A stretch of DNA of 64,000 nt from an uncultured Verrucomicrobiota bacterium (GTDB taxonomy: Bacteria > Verrucomicrobiota > Verrucomicrobiia > Limisphaerales > CAIMTB01), in NCBI GenBank assembly GCA_964389135.1, contig CAYMDA010000020.1, positions 13,484 through 77,483 of the forward strand, read 5' to 3'. Each line of letters begins with the position of its first letter. Position 1 is the stretch's first letter. This document shows positions 61,263 through 64,000 of the stretch, piece after piece. The position numbers were made by a program, and so were the translations under genes. The notes beneath the pieces are model-generated. The model worked only from the letters and a program-made list of their open reading frames with translations, was not told the DNA's origin and ran no database searches.

Positions 61263-62360
61263 ATGGCCTCCCTATCCCTCAATCCTGCCCTCGCGAACCT
61301 GCCCGTGTACCAGCCCGGGCGACCCATTGAAGAGGTGGCGCGGGAACTCGGCCTGCCGGAGGCCGGGATCATCAAGCTGGCGTCGAACGAGAATCCGCTC
61401 GGCCCCTCGCCGCGGGCGATCGCGGCGATGCAACGGCTGCTGCCGCACCTGCACCTGTATCCGGACGGAAATGTCTTCCATCTGAAGCAGCGGCTTGCGG
61501 CGCGGCTCGGCGTGGAACCGGGGAACGTGATCTTCGGCAACGGCTCCAACGAGATCATCGAGTTCGTCGGCCACGCGGTCATGCGCCCGGGAGCGGACGT
61601 CGTGGTCTCGCAGTACTGCTTCGCGATCTACCCGATCATCGCGGCGATGATGGGCGCGCGCGTGATCACGGTTCCCGCGAGGGCCTACGGGCACGACCTT
61701 CCCGCGATGCTGGAGGCGATCACGCCGTCCACGACCGTCGTGTTCGTGGCGAACCCGAACAATCCCACCGGCACGCTCGCACCGCGCGGTGAAGTGCTCG
61801 AGTTCGTGGACCGCGTGCCGCCTTCCGTGCTGCTCGTGATGGACGAGGCGTACTACGAGTTTCTGGATGACGCGGTCGATCTGCTCCCGCGCATCCGCAG
61901 CGGCGCGCAGCCGAACCTGCTTCTGATGCGGACCTTCTCAAAGATCCACGGCCTCGCGGGGCTTCGGCTCGGGTACGGGATCGGCACGCCGGAGCTCATC
62001 GCGGCGCTCGAGCGTGTCCGCCAGCCGTTCAACATCAACTCGCTCGCGCAGGCGGCGGCGCTTGCCGCCCTGGAGGACGACGACCACATCCGCCGGACGC
62101 GCGAGAACAACGCCGAGGGCCGGCGGTTCCTCGAGCGCGAGCTCGCGGGCATGGGCCTCGAGGTGGTGCCGAGCTTCGCGAACTTCGTCCTCGTCCGAGT
62201 CGGGGACGGGCGGGGTGCGTTCGAGGCGCTCCAGCGCCGCGGCATCATCACGAGGCCGATGCACGGTTACGGCCTGCCTGAGTTCCTGCGGATTTCCGTC
62301 GGGACGCCCGACGAGAACGCACGCTGCATCGCCGCCCTTCGCGAGGTCATCCGGCGCTGA
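61263..62360 (+). CDS. hisC: Histidinol-phosphate aminotransferase
   Basis: LASNENPLGPSP, ANPNNPTG, and the PLP-lysine context RTFSKIHGLAGLRLGY. Confidence 0.9.
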   Translation: MASLSLNPALANLPVYQPGRPIEEVARELGLPEAGIIKLASNENPLGPSPRAIAAMQRLLPHLHLYPDGNVFHLKQRLAARLGVEPGNVIFGNGSNEIIEFVGHAVMRPGADVVVSQYCFAIYPIIAAMMGARVITVPARAYGHDLPAMLEAITPSTTVVFVANPNNPTGTLAPRGEVLEFVDRVPPSVLLVMDEAYYEFLDDAVDLLPRIRSGAQPNLLLMRTFSKIHGLAGLRLGYGIGTPELIAALERVRQPFNINSLAQAAALAALEDDDHIRRTRENNAEGRRFLERELAGMGLEVVPSFANFVLVRVGDGRGAFEALQRRGIITRPMHGYGLPEFLRISVGTPDENARCIAALREVIRR

Positions 62361-62452
62361 GCATCCCCCGGGGTGGACGAACCGGCCGGCGTCCGCCGGC
62401 CGCCGGCCATGGCCATGAATTTGCATTTTCACGCGCGCCGCGCTGTGCGGGA

Positions 62453-63778
62453 ATGGGCTTCCATTCGATGAGAGAGATTGTTCCTCCCCCTCCGCCGCTC
62501 GTTCGGAACCAGTTCGCGGAAGTTCGCGAGATGTTCGAGCGATACGTGGTGCCGAGCTACGGCCGGTTCGATCTCGTGTTCACCCGGGGACAGGGAAGCG
62601 AGGTGTGGGACGCGGGCGGCCGCCGGTACCTCGACATGGGCGGGGGTATCGCCGTGAATGCGCTCGGGCACTGCCACCCGGAGATCACGGAGGTGCTGGT
62701 CGAGCAGTCCCGCCGGCTGGTGCACGTGTCCAATCTCTACTACCACGAGGGACAGGCGCGGCTGGCCCATGCCATCGTGAAGCATCTCGCGCCGGGCAAG
62801 GTTTTCTTCTGCAACTCCGGCGCGGAGGCCAACGAGGGCCTGTACAAGCTGGCTCGGCGCTTCGGGCACGAGGAGGGACGATTCGAGATCCTCACGGCGC
62901 GGAACTCCTTTCACGGGCGCACGCTCGCGGGCATCGCCGCCACGGGACAGGAGAAGGTCAAGAAGGGGTTCGAACCGATGATGCCGGGATTCCGCCATGT
63001 GCCCTTCAACGACCTCCAGGCGGTGCGCGACGCGATCTCGCCGGCGACGGTGGGCGTCCTGATCGAGGGCATCCAGGGCGAGGGCGGCATCACGCCCGCC
63101 ACCGCCGAGTACCTGCTGGGCCTGCGCGCGCTGTGCGACGAGCGGCGGATGCTCCTGATGATGGACGCGGTGCAGTGCGGATATTTCCGCACGGGACGGT
63201 TCGAGAGTTTCCAGCGGATCCTCGAGGGTGTGCCCGGAGGGGAGGGATTCTGTCCCGACGGCGTGTCGATGGCCAAGTCGCTCGGGGGCGGGTTTCCGAT
63301 CGGCGCGTTCTGGGTGCGCGAGGAGGCGCACGGCGTGCGGTTGTGCGATGTCCTGGGGCCGGGGACTCACGCGAGCACCTTCGGCGGAACGCCGCTCGGA
63401 TGCGCGGTCGCCCTGCGGGTGATGGAAGTGATCGAGCGTGAGGGGCTGGCCGCCAACGTGCGCGAGCTGGGCGACTGGATGAGGGCGGAGCTGGAGGCGC
63501 TCGCGCGCGAGTGCCCGGGTGTGGTGCGGGGCGTGCGCGGCCTCGGGTTCATGCTCGGCATCGAGCTGGAGCCGAAGGAGTCCATCCCGACGCTGGCCGG
63601 CGCGGACAAGCCGGCGGCCCTGCAGGTCGTCCAGAGGCTGCACGAGGCGGGCATGCTGACGATCCCGAGCGGCGCGCAGGTCGTGCGGTTTCTGCCCGCG
63701 CTCAATCTGCGCCGGCACGAGGCGGAGGAGGCCATAGCGATTGTCCGCCGGGTCGTGCGGGACATCGCCGCCGCCTGA
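62453..63778 (+). CDS. argD: Class-III aminotransferase (acetylornithine aminotransferase-like)
   Basis: ...FFCNSGAEANEGLYKLAR..., DAVQCGYFRTGR, and the PLP-lysine context SMAKSLGGGFPIGA. In-frame alternative starts lie downstream (for example 62468). Confidence 0.85.
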   Translation: MGFHSMREIVPPPPPLVRNQFAEVREMFERYVVPSYGRFDLVFTRGQGSEVWDAGGRRYLDMGGGIAVNALGHCHPEITEVLVEQSRRLVHVSNLYYHEGQARLAHAIVKHLAPGKVFFCNSGAEANEGLYKLARRFGHEEGRFEILTARNSFHGRTLAGIAATGQEKVKKGFEPMMPGFRHVPFNDLQAVRDAISPATVGVLIEGIQGEGGITPATAEYLLGLRALCDERRMLLMMDAVQCGYFRTGRFESFQRILEGVPGGEGFCPDGVSMAKSLGGGFPIGAFWVREEAHGVRLCDVLGPGTHASTFGGTPLGCAVALRVMEVIEREGLAANVRELGDWMRAELEALARECPGVVRGVRGLGFMLGIELEPKESIPTLAGADKPAALQVVQRLHEAGMLTIPSGAQVVRFLPALNLRRHEAEEAIAIVRRVVRDIAAA

Positions 63779-63792
63779 GAAGCCACGGGCGC

Positions 63793-64000
63793 ATGGTCCC
63801 GACGCCGTCCCGATTCACCGCAGATTCGCCGGTGACCGTTCTGCCGGGAGTGGGACCGGAGCGGGCGGCGCAGCTCGAGCGCCTCGGGGTGCGGACGACG
63901 GGCGACCTGCTCCTTCTGCGCCCGCGCCGCCACGAGGACCGCCGCGGCGTCGTGCGCATCGCGGACATCATGGACAAGGGGCCCGTGACCACGCGGGGCC
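63793..64000 (+). CDS. recG: ATP-dependent DNA helicase RecG, N-terminal fragment (runs off the window)
   Basis: Hand translation from ATG at 63793 gives MVPTPSRFTADSPVTVLPGVGPERAAQLERLGVRTTGDLLLLRPRRHEDRRGV... This matches the RecG N-terminal 'L.GVG...A..L..LGI.T..DLL...P.RYEDR' pattern. Only 69 codons are visible. Confidence 0.7.
   Translation, partial: MVPTPSRFTADSPVTVLPGVGPERAAQLERLGVRTTGDLLLLRPRRHEDRRGVVRIADIMDKGPVTTRG

Overview
Gene-dense chromosomal segment that is visibly very G+C-rich (composition not computed). It holds about 50 protein-coding genes on both strands, many joined by ATGA/GTGA start-stop overlaps. I recognised no rRNA, tRNA, CRISPR array, transposase, integrase or phage gene. 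Content is mostly housekeeping and central metabolism: efp, lepA-lepB, infA, galK, glnE, ggt, hisC, an argD-like aminotransferase, pta, htrA, the start of recG, a Mla-type lipid ABC transporter, an ECF sigma/anti-sigma pair, a polyprenyl synthase and MOSC+mobA. A DUF1549/DUF1553 + DUF1501 pair, a PEP-CTERM protein and a membrane-fused spermidine-synthase-like protein suggest a PVC-group bacterium such as a Verrucomicrobiota member (inference only). Because of the base composition, the ORF track is dominated by long shadow ORFs in wrong or antisense frames. I chose frames by recognisable family motifs recalled from memory (no searches run) and trimmed many ORF-track N-termini to internal starts. 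One gene at the left edge (complement 1..1399) is absent from the track. Observations most worth a second look, in order: (1) a translationally coupled pair at 1612..4805 that reads like a MotA/ExbB/TolQ-type channel hairpin plus an Asp-in-TM partner fused to a long coiled coil and a serine-less trypsin-like domain; (2) the uncharacterised four-gene circularly-permuted ATP-grasp / alpha-E / transglutaminase cluster at 52832..58709; (3) a convergent pair of paralogous envelope proteins next to the ECF sigma operon; (4) an EF-P whose modification-loop tip reads Asn; (5) a DUF1501 gene whose Tat signal lies in another frame; (6) a split pta with its two halves in reversed order.
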